Part shown: piece after piece, positions 25,311 to 38,217 of the stretch
Layout: the number at the start of each line of letters is the position of its first letter
How positions within the stretch are numbered: the first letter of the stretch is position 1
NCBI RefSeq assembly: GCF_006345805.1
Contig: NC_043020.1
Span: 10,230,001 to 10,294,000, forward strand
Length of the DNA: 64,000 bases
From: Octopus sinensis
Lineage: Eukaryota
Direction of reading: 5' to 3'
Translations under genes and position numbers: made by a program
The notes under the pieces: generated by a model
The model's input: the letters and a program-made list of their open reading frames with translations, nothing else
Database searches by the model: none
Told to the model about the DNA's origin: nothing

Positions 25311-25372
25311 GAATACTTCTAGACGTCGGAAGAAATCCAGCCGACCTCTTAAAGGGGTGCATAGACAACCAG

Positions 25373-26663
25373 GACGATATCGTTGTTGTTGGTGGTGGTG
25401 GTGGTCGTGGCAGAGTTGTCCATAGAAGTCGTTTGACCGTGAAGCTGTCGTCTGGTTCCTTCCAAATTCTTTCCGTGTGTCGGCGTCCACGCTCACACCT
25501 GCACCTGTGTTGCTCCTCCCCTTCTTTCCCTCCCTCGTGAAGCTGTGGGGAAGGGGAGGGTAGGGAAATCAACGTCGTGAGCGTTGCCAAGGAGACCACC
25601 GTTCTTCTCGACGACGACTTCATGGCTTTGAAGTCGCCATGCTCAAAGCAGAAAATGGCTAGGAAAGCCCAAGACGAATTTACAAAATGGGGAAATACGC
25701 CACACAAAGACAGGTTTCCCGTGCAAAGAATTTGCCCAACCGAATGTATTTATTAGTTGTTGCACAATAGACGTCATTGATTGGTTGAAATTGCAGAAAT
25801 TGAAGGAAAGAAAGCAAAAAATATCTTACAAACTATAGAATTTACGAAGTTTAAAATTTTTTAATTACCTAGAAATTGTTTTAAGTTGAGGTTTTAGTTG
25901 CTGGCAGTTATGGTAGACGGCAAAACGACGATATTGTTGTTGCTGGTGATGGTGGTGGTGGTGATGGTGGTGATGGTGGTGATGGTGGTGCTGGTGGTGG
26001 TTGAGTTGGTGGTGGTGGTGATGGTGGTAGTGATGGAGGTGATGGTGGTGGTGCTTGTGGTGCTGGTGGTGGTGATGGTGGTGGTGGTGGTGGTGGTGGT
26101 GGTGGTTGAGTTGGTGGTGGTGGTGGTGGTGATAGTGGTGGTGGTGATGGTGGTGGTGGTGGTGGTGGTGATGGTTGTGGTGATGGTGGTGGTGGTGGTG
26201 GTGGTGATGGTGGTGATGGTGGTGGTGGTGGTGGTGGTGGTGGTGGTGGTGGTGGTGGTGGTGGCGGTGGTGGTGATGGTGGTGGTGGTGGAGCTTGTGG
26301 TGGTGGTCGTGGCAGAGTTGTCCGTAGTAGTGGTTGACCGTGAAGCTGTCGTCTGGTTCCTTCCAAATTTTTCCGTGTGTCGGCGTCCATGCTCGCACCT
26401 GCACCTGTTGCTCCTCCCCTTCTTTCCCTCCCTCGTGAAGCTGTGGGGAAGGGGAGGGTATGGAAATAAACGTCGTAAGCGTTGCCAAGGAGACCACCGT
26501 TCTTCTCGACGACGACTTCATGGCTTTGAAGTCGCCATGCTCAAAGCAGAAAATGGCTAGGAAAGCCGAAGACGAATTTACAAAATGGGGAAACACGCCA
26601 CACAAAGACAGGTTTCCCGTGCAAAGAATTTGCACAACCGAATGTATTTATTAGTTGTTGCAC
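25373..26663. repeat. Direct duplication of a ~365-bp GC-richer segment (25401-25765, 26303-26663) with an intervening (GGT)n expansion
   Basis: gtcgtggcagagttgtcc...gaatgtatttattagttgttgcac occurs twice. Confidence 0.9.
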
Positions 26664-26848
26664 CACTTTTACATAAAAATATATCCAACACAAACTTTTG
26701 AAGCAATAAAGGCAAAGCAATGTGACTATGGTCCGTCAATAAATAGACAGATAGAGATAGAGAGATAGACGGAAACTGAAAGAAGCTCGTTGTGTGTCTA
26801 TGTGTGTGTGTGTGTGTGAGTGTGTATGTGTGGTGTGTGTATAGATAT

Positions 26849-26892
<44 letters not shown>

Positions 26893-27647
26893 ATATATAT
26901 ACACACACAACACACTGGCGAAAATAATTTTAAGACCGATGATAAAAGTTCTATTTCTTACAAAATATTTCGAATGATGCAGACAATATTTTTATACAAC
27001 TTGAAGAATTATATATATATAATCTCTTATTATAATAACTATATATAAGTGTCGTCTGTTTATACATAACACTGTTTTCATACTGCAATTATATATACAT
27101 ATATCTATATATAATATTATATAATAAAATATATACAGAGTAAAATAAAAACCAATTTACCTTTTCTGTCCGTCCGTGTGTCTTTGCAATGTGTTGGAAT
27201 GATAAGTAAGTTGTGATTTGGCGCCTTTTTTACTAATAACAAACACACACGTGTTTGTATGTATTTTTGTATGTGTATGTAGTTGTATGTAGTTGTATAT
27301 GTATGTGTATGCGTGTGTGTGAGGAATGACACACACACACTCACGCACGCACACATGTACCATCAATGCTTTCGGAGTGATATGTTAAAATATTGAGTTT
27401 TCTCGAATTTTGTCTTAATTGGTGGTAAAATTGAAAGAAATTTTTTATGCATCACCCACTGAAGTACTCTGAAAAATGTTAGGTAATTCTAATTGAAGAA
27501 ATTGTGTGAGAGTAAGTGGTTATTATGTATTTATTTGTTTCTGTTTGCTGTGTTTTTTTATTTTTTGAGTAGTGGTTTAAATACTTTCAGTTTAGTCTTC
27601 CTCAAATCACTCTGTCGCTATTTACTTTCATTTTATTCGTCGCCACT

Positions 27648-27887
27648 GTGTGTGTGCGTTTGCGTGTGGTGTAAACCAGACTAAGAAAAGCATTTACACA
27701 CACACCAGAATGTGAGTTTTCTGTAAATTTTGCTTAATTGGAGTTTAAATTTTAAAAACTGGACCTGGCATGACGCGATGCATTGTACTCTTAAAATGCT
27801 AGGTAAATTGTAATTGAAGAAATCCTATATTGTAGATTTGTATAACTCCCAAAGGGAGGCAGATAAAATCTGCCTTTTATAATAAGA
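27648..27887 (-). mobile_element. Helitron 5' end (second unit of a tandem pair)
   Basis: Nearly identical to 29146-29385; its TC start abuts the CTAG end of the adjacent element. Confidence 0.7.
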
Positions 27888-28165
27888 CTAGCAAGTATCG
27901 CCCGGCGTTGCTCGGGTTGTAAGGGAAATAACTATATAAGCATTTTTAGAGAGTTATAGCCAAAAAATAGCAAAAAAATGCATTAAAAATTGAAAAAAAA
28001 TTAAGGTAAATTTTTCTTTAAATCGTTGACACATCGTAGATATTTTTAGAGAGTTACTTCCTTATATAAAAGCGAAAAAAATGCATTAAATGGAAAAATA
28101 TGATGGTAATTTTTTTTTAAATCGTAGACTCATCGTAGACGCGCGCTAATACCCAGAAGGGCTCG

Positions 28166-28765
28166 TTTGTTATTCTGGGTAACTTTCTGTAAAATTATTA
28201 AAATTTTGTTCAAACATCGCTATAGAAAATGGGTTATTAGCTAATATTCAATTGGGTATACAACAAATTTTCGATAGAATTTGTTATTCTGGGTAACTTT
28301 CTGTAAAATTATTAAAATTTTGTTCAAACATCGCTATAGAAAATGGGTTATTAGCTAATATTCAATTGGGTATACAACAAAATTTTACGATAGAATTTGT
28401 TTTCTGGGTAACTTTCTGTAAAATTATTAAAATTTTGTTCAAACTCGCTATAGAAAATGGGTTATTAGCTAATATCAATTGGGTATACAACAAAATTTTA
28501 CGATAGAATTTGTTATTCTGGGTAACTTTCTGTAAAATTATTAAAATTTTGTTCAACACATCGCTATAGAAAATGGGTTATTAGCTAATATTCAATTGGG
28601 TATACAACAAAATTTTACGATAGAATTTGTTATTCTGGGTAACTTTCTGTAAAATTATTAAAATTTTGTTCAAACATCGCTATAGAAAATGGGTTATTAG
28701 CTAATATTCAATTGGGTATACAACAAAATTTTACGATAGAATTTGTTATTCTGGGTAACTTTCTG
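28166..28765. repeat. ~115-bp tandem array, 5 units plus a partial unit
   Basis: tttgttattctgggtaactttctgtaaaattattaaaattttgttcaa... at ~28166, 28280, 28396, 28509, 28626 and 28742. Confidence 0.92.
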
Positions 28766-28900
28766 ATACCCATAATAATATTTATGGCAAAATAGGCCTT
28801 AATTTCATTTAAGGTTGTGGGAAATAACAAACTATTGTTTCTTTCGTTTTGTTTACGTTTAGCGTAACAGTTCGGTTCTTTCTGCCGTAATGATTTCAAA
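28745..28900 (-). pseudogene. piggyBac-like transposase fragment
   Basis: FPTTLNEIKAYFAINIIMGIRKLPRI matches the piggyBac/PGBD motif T-x-x-E-(I/L)-K-A-(F/Y)-x-G/A-I-x-I-x-M-G-I-x-K-L-P. Confidence 0.65.
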
Positions 28901-29386
28901 TGGGCTCATTCGAAAAGTAAATAGAAATAGTGTAAGGCTTTACTCTTCTGGGAAAGTCTGTGCTTGGTGCAGTTTCTTCAGAAAAATCACCGAAAGAAAC
29001 AGTTTTTAAATTTTCACTCCATTCAGGTGCTAATTCGTGTTCTTAATCGCTGTCGGATTCACTGTTTTCACTTTAATAGCTGCCAACTTGCAAAGACAAA
29101 GGGAGAAGGGTGATAGCGTGAGTGAAACAATTCGCTCCCTTTGTGTGTGTGTGCGTTTGCGTGTGGTGTAACCAGACTAAGAAAAGCATTTGACACACAC
29201 ACCAGAATGTGAGTTTTCTGTAAATTTTGCTTAATTGGAGTTTAAATTTTAAAAACTGGACCTGGCATGACGCGATGCATTGTACTCTTAAAACTGCTAG
29301 GTAAATTGTAATTGAAGAAATCCTATATTGTAGATTTGTATAACTCCCAAAGGGAGGCAGATAAAATCTGCCTTTTATAATAAGAG

Positions 29387-29418
<32 letters not shown>

Positions 29419-29809
29419 CACGTTGTATATTCATATACTACAGCACAGTCAAAAGGTACACACGTGCTCTAATCTGGTGTCATTCCTTTTCATGGTTGTT
29501 TTTTTCCCTTCATTTCTTTCTTATTCTACTTTGACAAAAGGTGTTTACGCGAAACGTCGACTTCCTTTTCCTTTTCCTGATTGTTTTTTGTTTTGTTGTT
29601 GTTCTTTTTGGTGTGACAAATTCTCTGGTTTCCTGATTGTTTTTTGTTTTGTTGTTGTTCTTTTTGGTGTGACAAATTCTCTGGGCGCAATATTTTGTGT
29701 TGTTTTTCTTTGCAGTTGCATTTTTGTCCGCCAACTTTTGTATTTCTGTCTACTTCGCACGATGTCCAACCGTCCGTGTTTTATTCCTCTTGTTCCAGTC
29801 GTGCCAATT

Positions 29810-29884
<75 letters not shown>

Positions 29885-29885
29885 G

Positions 29886-29921
<36 letters not shown>

Positions 29922-30140
29922 CATCTATCTATCTATCTATCTATCTATCTATTTGTCTGTCTGTCTGTCTGTCTGGCTGTCTGTCTGTCTACCTATCTAT
30001 CTATATATCTATCTGTCTGTCTGTCTGTCAGCCAGTATGTATGTATATTTGTATGTATGTATGCATGTATGTATGTATGTATGTATGTATGTATGTATGT
30101 ATGTATGTATGTATGTATGTGTGTATGTACGTACGTATGT
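29810..30140. repeat. (CTAT)n/(CTGT)n/(GTAT)n microsatellites
   Basis: Direct reading. Confidence 0.9.
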
Positions 30141-31194
30141 TTGCGTGTGTATCTGTGTGCATATGTGTATGTGTGTTTGTGCAGGTGTGTGTATGTGTGT
30201 GAATTTTGTTTCGAAACGTGGAGTAGATAAAACAGGGGACAACTGATGAAGGGAATGTTCTTTATGTTGCCTGTCTCGTTTCTCTATTTGTTTCTTTCGT
30301 TTTTCGGGAAAAAAAGATCGTTTTCCATGTTTCTGTTTTTTTTTATGTTCTCGTTTCTGATTTTGATCACGTTTTTTTCTTTGACGTCCTGTACCCACAT
30401 ATGCATGTATATATACATATTATTTGTAGGTATGTACATATATGTATGCATATATATATATATATACTATCTATATATATATATATATATTATTATATAT
30501 ATATACATCCTACACACACACCACACACACGACACCCACACAGACACGACACACACCACACCACACACAATACATAAATTTGAAACCTTTCAAATTTATA
30601 TTAGTATATATATATATATATATTATAATTCTTCAAGTTGTATAAAAATATTGTCTGCATCATTCGAAATATTTTGTAAGAAATAGAACTTTTATCATCG
30701 GTCTTAAAATTATTTTCGCCAGTGTGTGTGTGTGTGTATATATATATAATATAATATATATATATATATATTATATATATAATATTATATATATATATAT
30801 GTATTATCTATACCACACACCACATACACACTCACACACACACACACACACCACACACAAGACACACAACGAGCTTCTTTCAGTTTCCGTCTACCAAATC
30901 CACTCACTAGGCTTTGGTTGGCCCGAGGCTATAGTAGAAGACACTTGCCCCAGGTGCCACGCAGTAGGGCTGAACCCGGAACCATGTGGTTGAGAAGGAA
31001 GCTCCTTACCACACAGCCCAGCCTATATATATATTATACCTATGGAACACATACCACCCGTAACAATAACAACACCACCCTCATCTCCATTAAATACAAC
31101 CTCCCTGCAAGCTTTAGAAATACCTGTGTAATACCTGGGTAATATAACATGATTATACACTTCACAGATACGATTAACGTGATGGGGGTAGAAT

Positions 31195-31436
31195 CGTACA
31201 CACACACGCATACACATACACGCACACACACACACATACATACACGTACACAACATACACAAACATACACGTACACGCGCACGCAGACGTACGCAGACAC
31301 ACGCATACACATAGATGCACACAAACACCCTTCCCCATCACTCACACACACACAAACATATACATACATACATACATACATACATACATACATACATACA
31401 TACATACATTCATACATACATACATACATACATACA

Positions 31437-31472
<36 letters not shown>

Positions 31473-31541
31473 TATATACACCCCACACATACACACAAAT
31501 GTAAACATACACAAATACATACACACAGATATACACACACG

Positions 31542-31579
<38 letters not shown>

Positions 31580-32095
31580 CACACCACATACATACACACA
31601 AATACATGTACTCACACACACAAACACATCACGGACACTCACTATCACACACATACACACACGCGTACAGACACATACAAACACACATGCACTACCACAG
31701 GTATACATAAACACACAAACACATTCATACACACTGAATATCACACACACACACACACACATACACACGAACACACACACACATACACAAACACACACAC
31801 ACATACGCAAACACACATACACCCATAGGCACCTAGGAACGCACAAACACATTCACACACACTCGCTATTGCACACACACACACACACACACCTATACAC
31901 ACGCACACACACATACACAGGCACAACCACATGCATACAGAAACACACACACACATACACACGCACACACCCACAAGCACACACGCACACCCATAGGCAC
32001 CCAGGAACGCACAAACACATCCACACACACACACACACTCACTCACTCACACTCACACATATATATTCATGCACACACACACTTGCACTCCACTC
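31195..32095. repeat. (CA)n/(CATA)n low-complexity block
   Basis: Direct reading. Confidence 0.9.
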
Positions 32096-32409
32096 AGTCA
32101 AGACTAGGTTGCATTTCTAGGCAGCCACCCGACCAGCATTACGGGTGCAGTAAAAGAATTCTTGCCATTCTTTTGAGGTAAACAACATCACAGGTGTTAT
32201 GGAATGTTGTTCGTGTTGGTACACTTGGAATCGCCAACCTGGAATCCGGATCTACAGAAGAAATTCTTTAGGTTTTCCTGGTTTGTCATCGAAATTCGAT
32301 AATAACCACCCGGCTTCACCATTCCCAGAAGTCAATGGTAAGATCTTTGCGGGTGGAACGTACCCGTCTTGGCGTCACAGACATTCTACTGCAGGTGAGG
32401 TATCTGTAG

Positions 32410-33690
32410 GCGGTGGTTGTAGTTCTGGTGGTGGTGGCGGTGGTTGATGTTGTGGTGGTGGTAGTTGTGGTTGTGGTGGTAGTAATGGTTGTGATGGTTA
32501 TGGTTGTGGTGGTGGTAGTTGTAGTTGTGGCGGTAGTTGTTGTGGTAGTTGTTGTGGTAGTGGCTATGGTTGTAGTGGTGGTGGAGGTGGTTGTGGTGGT
32601 AGTGGTTGTAGTTGTGGTGGTGGTTGTTGTGGTAGTGGCTATGGTTGTAGTTGTGGTGGTGGTTGTTGTGGTAGTGGCTATGGTTGTAGTGGTGGTGGAG
32701 GTGGTTGTGGTGGTAGTGGTTGTAGTTGTGGTGGTGGCTGTCGTAGTAGTGGTTATGGTTGTGGTGGTGGTGGTGGTTGTGATGGTAGTAGTTGTAGTGG
32801 TGGTGGTTGAGATTATTATGGTTGTGGTGGCTGTAGTTGTGGTGGTGGTTGTAGTGGTAGTGGCTATGGTTGTAGTGGTGGTGGAGGTGGTTGTAGTGGT
32901 TATGGTTGTGGTGGTAGTGGTAGTGGTTATGGTTGTAGCTGTGGTGGTTGTGTTTGTGGTGGTTGTGTTTGTGGTGGTTGTGGTTGCGGTGGTTGTGGTT
33001 GTGGTTGTGGTTGCGGTGGTGGTTGATGGTTGTGGTGGTGGTGGTTGTAGTTGTGGTGGTGGTGGTTGTTGTGGTAGTAACTATGGTTGTAGTGGTGGTG
33101 GAGGTGGTTGTGGTGGTAGTGGTTGTAGTTGTGGTGGTGGTTGTCGTAGTAGTGGTTATGGTTGTGGTGGTGGTGGTGGTTGTGATGGTGGTAGTTGTGG
33201 TTGTGGTGGTAGTAGTTGTTGTAGTGGTGGTGGTTGAGATTATTATGGTTGTGTTGGTTGTAGTTGTGGTGGTGGTTGTAGTGGTAGTGGCTATGGTTGT
33301 AGTGGTGGTGGAGGTGTACATACATACATACATACACACACACATACACACATGCATACATACATACATACATACATACATACATACATACATACATACA
33401 TACATACACACCAACATACATAGACACACACACATACACACATACACACATGCATACATACATACACACACACATACACACATACATACATACATACATA
33501 CATACATACGCGTGCGCACTTACGGGTAGACATACCGCTCACACGTACACATACACACAAGATCTATACATACACACAAACAACAACACCAAAATACATA
33601 CACAAACACAGAAGCATGCATACAAACACACACATACACATACACATACACAGATAAAAACGCCTCCACACACAGTCAGTCACACACCGT

Positions 33691-33747
<57 letters not shown>

Positions 33748-33750
33748 CAC
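32410..33750. repeat. (GTG/GTT/GTA) low-complexity block followed by (CATA)n/(CA)n
   Basis: Direct reading. Confidence 0.9.
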
Positions 33751-34054
33751 AAGCTGGTTCCTATTTCTTGAAATTCTTCCAGAAACGAAGCAGCTGATCT
33801 GTAAGAAACAAGGCAACATCGAAGATGTTTAGACAGCAACAGCAGCAACAACAACAAGATATATTTCTTGCCCCCCACCCCTTTCCCCCACGCATATATA
33901 CACACACACGTGACCAAGTTCCAACCGTGGGATGGATGGATGGAGTAAATAGTAATCATACCGATGAGGTAAACAACGCGGCGATTTATGGAATTTTAGT
34001 CCGCGGAGGTAGAATTTGGTTTTAGTGATAGTTTGGAATCCGGTTCTATGAAAC

Positions 34055-34094
34055 AGCAACAACACAAATAACAACAACAAATGACAATAACAGC

Positions 34095-34129
<35 letters not shown>

Positions 34130-34625
34130 ATCACAGCAGCAGCATTAGAAAGAAGAAGAAGAAGGAGGAGGAGGAGGAGAAGGAGAAGAAGAAGAAGAAG
34201 AAGAAGAAGAAGAAGGAGAAGAAGAAGAAGAGGAAGAAGAAGAAGAGGAAGAAGAAGGAGGAAGGAGAAGAAGAAGGAGAAGAAGAAGAAGAAGAAGAAG
34301 GAGGAGGAGAAGAAGAAGGAGAAGAAGAAGAAGAAGAAGGAGAAGAAGATGGAGAAGAAGAAGATGGAGAAGAAGAAGAAGATGGAGAAGAAGAAGAAGA
34401 AGAAGAAGGAGAAGAAGGAGAAGAAGAAGAAGGAGCAAAAGAAGAAGAAGGAGAAGAAGGAGAAGAAGATGGAGAAGAAGAAGATGGAGAAGAAGAAGAA
34501 GATGGAGAAGAAGGAGAAGAAGAAGAAGGAGCAAAAGAAGAAGAAGGAGAAGAAGAAGAAGAAGAAGAAGGAGAAGAAGAAGAAGGAGAAGAAGAAGTAG
34601 AAGAACAACAACAACAAGAGCAATG
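34055..34625. repeat. (CAA)n and (GAA/GGA)n purine-rich block
   Basis: Direct reading; open in several frames. Confidence 0.9.
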
Positions 34626-34689
34626 ACAATACATGTATACACACAAACAGTAAAAAAACTATAGATATGTGTGTGTTGTGTGTGTGTGT

Positions 34690-34730
<41 letters not shown>

Positions 34731-36722
34731 GCATCAGCAGTTTAAGACTGGTGAGAAAAGAGAAGTAATTTTAGTAGGTTACCACAACCACCACCACCAC
34801 CACCACCACCACCACCACCACCACCACCACCACCACACCACCACCACCACCACCACCACCACCACCTTTCATCCTTTCGGGGTCGATTAGATAAGTACCA
34901 GTTAGGAACTGGGGTCGATATAATCGACTTAATCCTTTTGTCTGTCCTTGTTTATCCCCTCTGTGTTTAGCCCCCTGTGGGCAATAAAGAAATTAATCTT
35001 AACAATGAAGGGGCAATTAACCATGTAAAATGCATTTTAAAGTAATCGCTGAAATACTTTACATGGTGAATACAATAACTTTGAGACTGTAATCGCATCA
35101 AGGAGAGGTAAACATTGTTGAATAATGTTCAGCTAAACCAAACAAAGATAAACTCGGTGCAACGGATTTCGTTCGAAGGTTACTGTTTTATTTTTGTGGT
35201 TGTTCACATCCTTTAGTAATACACATCGGTGAAAGATGCATGCATAATGCATACATATATACATGCATGCATACATATATTCATACATACATACATACAT
35301 TTATACATACATACATACATACATACATACATACATGCATACATACATACATACATACCATGCATACATACATACATACACATACATACATACATCTATG
35401 CATACATACATACATACATACATACATACATACATACATACATACATACGTACATGGTGGCTGCCCCCTCATTATCGAGTATGGCCATTGCACGAAGCTT
35501 AATCAATGTTGTTATCGTGCAATGCCTGTGCAAGAAGATTTTTTTTTAAAGTGAGGAAAGGCACTGAGTCAATCCCACTCACTAAGCAACAGCAGCCATA
35601 ATCCGAAAAGAAGAACAAGTCAACATCATCGGTAACCACTGAGCCGCAAGTTTATGTCGGAGTTATCCCAGTTACCTGAGTTACCTTCTCCTAGAAGGAT
35701 GCCCTAACAAAGGCTAGGAGTCCTTCACTCCCAATGGTTTAACCGCGCGATAGGGTATTCAGTTCGATTATTTCTATGTCCCCGCGCATGATACATCCTT
35801 AAGACATTTATTGGATGGCCGTTGACTCTCAAGAGTTCCTCCGCTCTTTGACGGGTTTTGTTTTTCATCCCGCAAGGTGTCCAGTAAACACCCTCCCCAC
35901 CAAGCAAGCTTGGTGGGGTTGCCGGTTTAGTTTCCGACGACTACATACATACATACATACATACATACATACATACATACATACATGCATACATACATAC
36001 ATACATACATACATACATACATACATACATACATACAAATGACTGATATGTATAACATAATGTATATAGAAAGAAATATCTTATATACTGATTTCTAGAT
36101 CGGAACGAATATTTCTCGACTTAGTAGTTCAGAATGTTCGAAAATGTCTGTCACTAAGGAGAGAATTATGTCAAAACACCAGTGTCTGATGATCCGCCGA
36201 CGATACTTTAAGACAAAATATCATAGCTAACTCTGTCGTACGTTTGTATACAGATTATCAATGAATGCGTGATAATCAAAATTTTGCTATCAATATGGTG
36301 AAGTAAATTTCATTTCTGACATCTTGCTACGAACTTCTCATCAAAAGACTCCGAAGTTTCAGGAAAAGAAATACATTAAACATGCACTAATAAGACTAAC
36401 AAGTGCCGGCATGATGGTAGGATGAGGATATTCGTTTCTTAACCACTTGAATCCGTGTTCGACTGCACTTCTCGGTATAATAGGGATGTATCTTCTACTA
36501 TAAATTCATATTACGCGCTGGGAGAAACTGCAGAAGACCGCCGTATATGTGTCACTCTCCTCCGTTGCGCGCGCGCGCGCGCGTGTGTGTGCGCGTGTAT
36601 GTATGTGCGTGTGTGTGTGTCTGTCCCTATCTCTCTCGCTTTGCCTATTAATATAGGCATATATATGTAACATACACGCATATGTATTTATGTACGTATG
36701 TGTGTATATATATGTATGTATT

Positions 36723-36922
36723 ATGGCGGCGAGCTGGCAGAAACGTTAGCACGCCGGGCGAAATGCCGTTACGTTCTGAGTTCAAATTCCGCCGAGGTCG
36801 ACTTTGCCTTTCATCCTTCCGGGGTCGATAAATTAAGTACCAGTTACGCACTGGGGTCGATGTAATCGACTTAATCCGTTTGTCACCTCTGTGTTTAGCC
36901 CCTTGTGGGTAGTAAAGAAATA
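36723..36922 (+). mobile_element. SINE family C, single copy
   Basis: ggcggcgagctggcagaaacgttagcacgccgggcgaaatg...gtaaagaaata. Confidence 0.85.
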
Positions 36923-36943
36923 TATATGTATGTATTATGTACG

Positions 36944-36981
<38 letters not shown>

Positions 36982-37010
36982 ATCATGTACATATATATCT
37001 GTGTATATAT

Positions 37011-37432
37011 ATTCTTTTACTTTTACTCTTTTCCTTGTTTCAGTCATTTGACTGTGGCCATGCTGGAGCACCGCCTTTAGTCGAGCAAATCGACCCCAGG
37101 ACGTTTTCTTTGTAAGCCTAGTACTTATTCTATCGGTCACTTTTGCCGAACTGCTATGTTACGGGGATGTAAACTCACCAGCATCGATTGTCAAGCGAAG
37201 GGGGACACACACATACATACAAACATATACGCGCACACATACATATACATATACACATACACATATATACGATAGGCTTGTTTCAGTTTCCGTCTACCAA
37301 ATCCACTCACAAGGTTTTGGTCGGCCCGAGGCTATACCAGAAGACACTTGCCCAAGGTGCCACGCAGTGGGACAGAACCCGGAACCATGTGGTTGGTAAG
37401 CAAGCTACTTACCACACAGCCACTCCTACGCC
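37011..37432 (-). mobile_element. SINE family A
   Basis: Full-length reverse-complement copy. Confidence 0.85.
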
Positions 37433-38217
37433 TATATATATGTGTGTGTGTATATATATGTATATATATATATGTGTGTGTGTGTATGAATATATATGTA
37501 TGTATATATATATACATATATATATATTAGTATATAAATCTAATCTATATTAGTATATAAATCTAATCTATATAGATATTGACTCTAACACACACACACA
37601 TGCCTGAATATTTTATCGTGTATTTTCGAATGAAGCCACATAATTATCTAGTTCACTATCTTGGCCCGTGTGTTTGTGTATTAGTTACACTAACCAATCA
37701 CAGGCGTACATCACCACACCAAGTCCCACACAGTTATATAATATCAAGTAGTTTCTCACCTACGAGTTAAACAAGATGTTATTCAGGTGGTACACCCAGA
37801 ACAGTTAACCTTGCATCCGGCTGTATATATAGCAACAACACCCAGCCATATACAGACGTACGCACACTGCATGCATATTTCGACAAATACATATAGATAG
37901 ATAGATACGTACACACATTCACTCACGCACTAAATATCTTTGTATGTACTCGTTCATTTTTAATCTTGAAAATTTCCCTCCTTACCACCGACGCCTCAAA
38001 CAAACAGTTGGTCTGTAACTATGAAACAAATCTCAATCAGATATTTAGACTAACAACAACTATTTGTTATGCAGAACACTCCACATCATAGGCGCAACGG
38101 CTATCCAATAATAATCTCTCAATATGGCATATCTATGCAAATGTTTCTCTCCGAGTTTGTTTACTCATAAATTACTGAAAAAAAATAGATATTTTTAGAT
38201 ACAATTTTCTAAAAATA

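Larger units (their letters stand above)
27888..29387 (-). mobile_element. Non-autonomous Helitron, ~1.5 kb, with cargo
   Basis: Minus strand: A|TCTCTTATTATAAAAGGCAG 5' end at 29387; 3' hairpin CCCGAGCAACGCCGGG then CTAG at 27891-27888. The 3' module is shared with 3969-4337. Confidence 0.8.

Noticed and set aside
24035-26635. Val-, Gly-, His- and Pro-rich ORFs
   Set aside because: Products of (GGT)/(CCA) microsatellites.
29423-33797. YLSI-, CMYV-, HT- and V-rich ORFs
   Set aside because: Translations of (CTAT)n, (GTAT)n, (CA)n and (GTG)n.
34081-34646. Glu/Lys-rich ORF
   Set aside because: (GAA/GGA) repeat open in multiple frames, no splice support.
36060-36560. Unique-looking stretch as a possible SLC17 exon
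   Set aside because: The minus-strand frames I translated contain stops and no SLC17 motifs.
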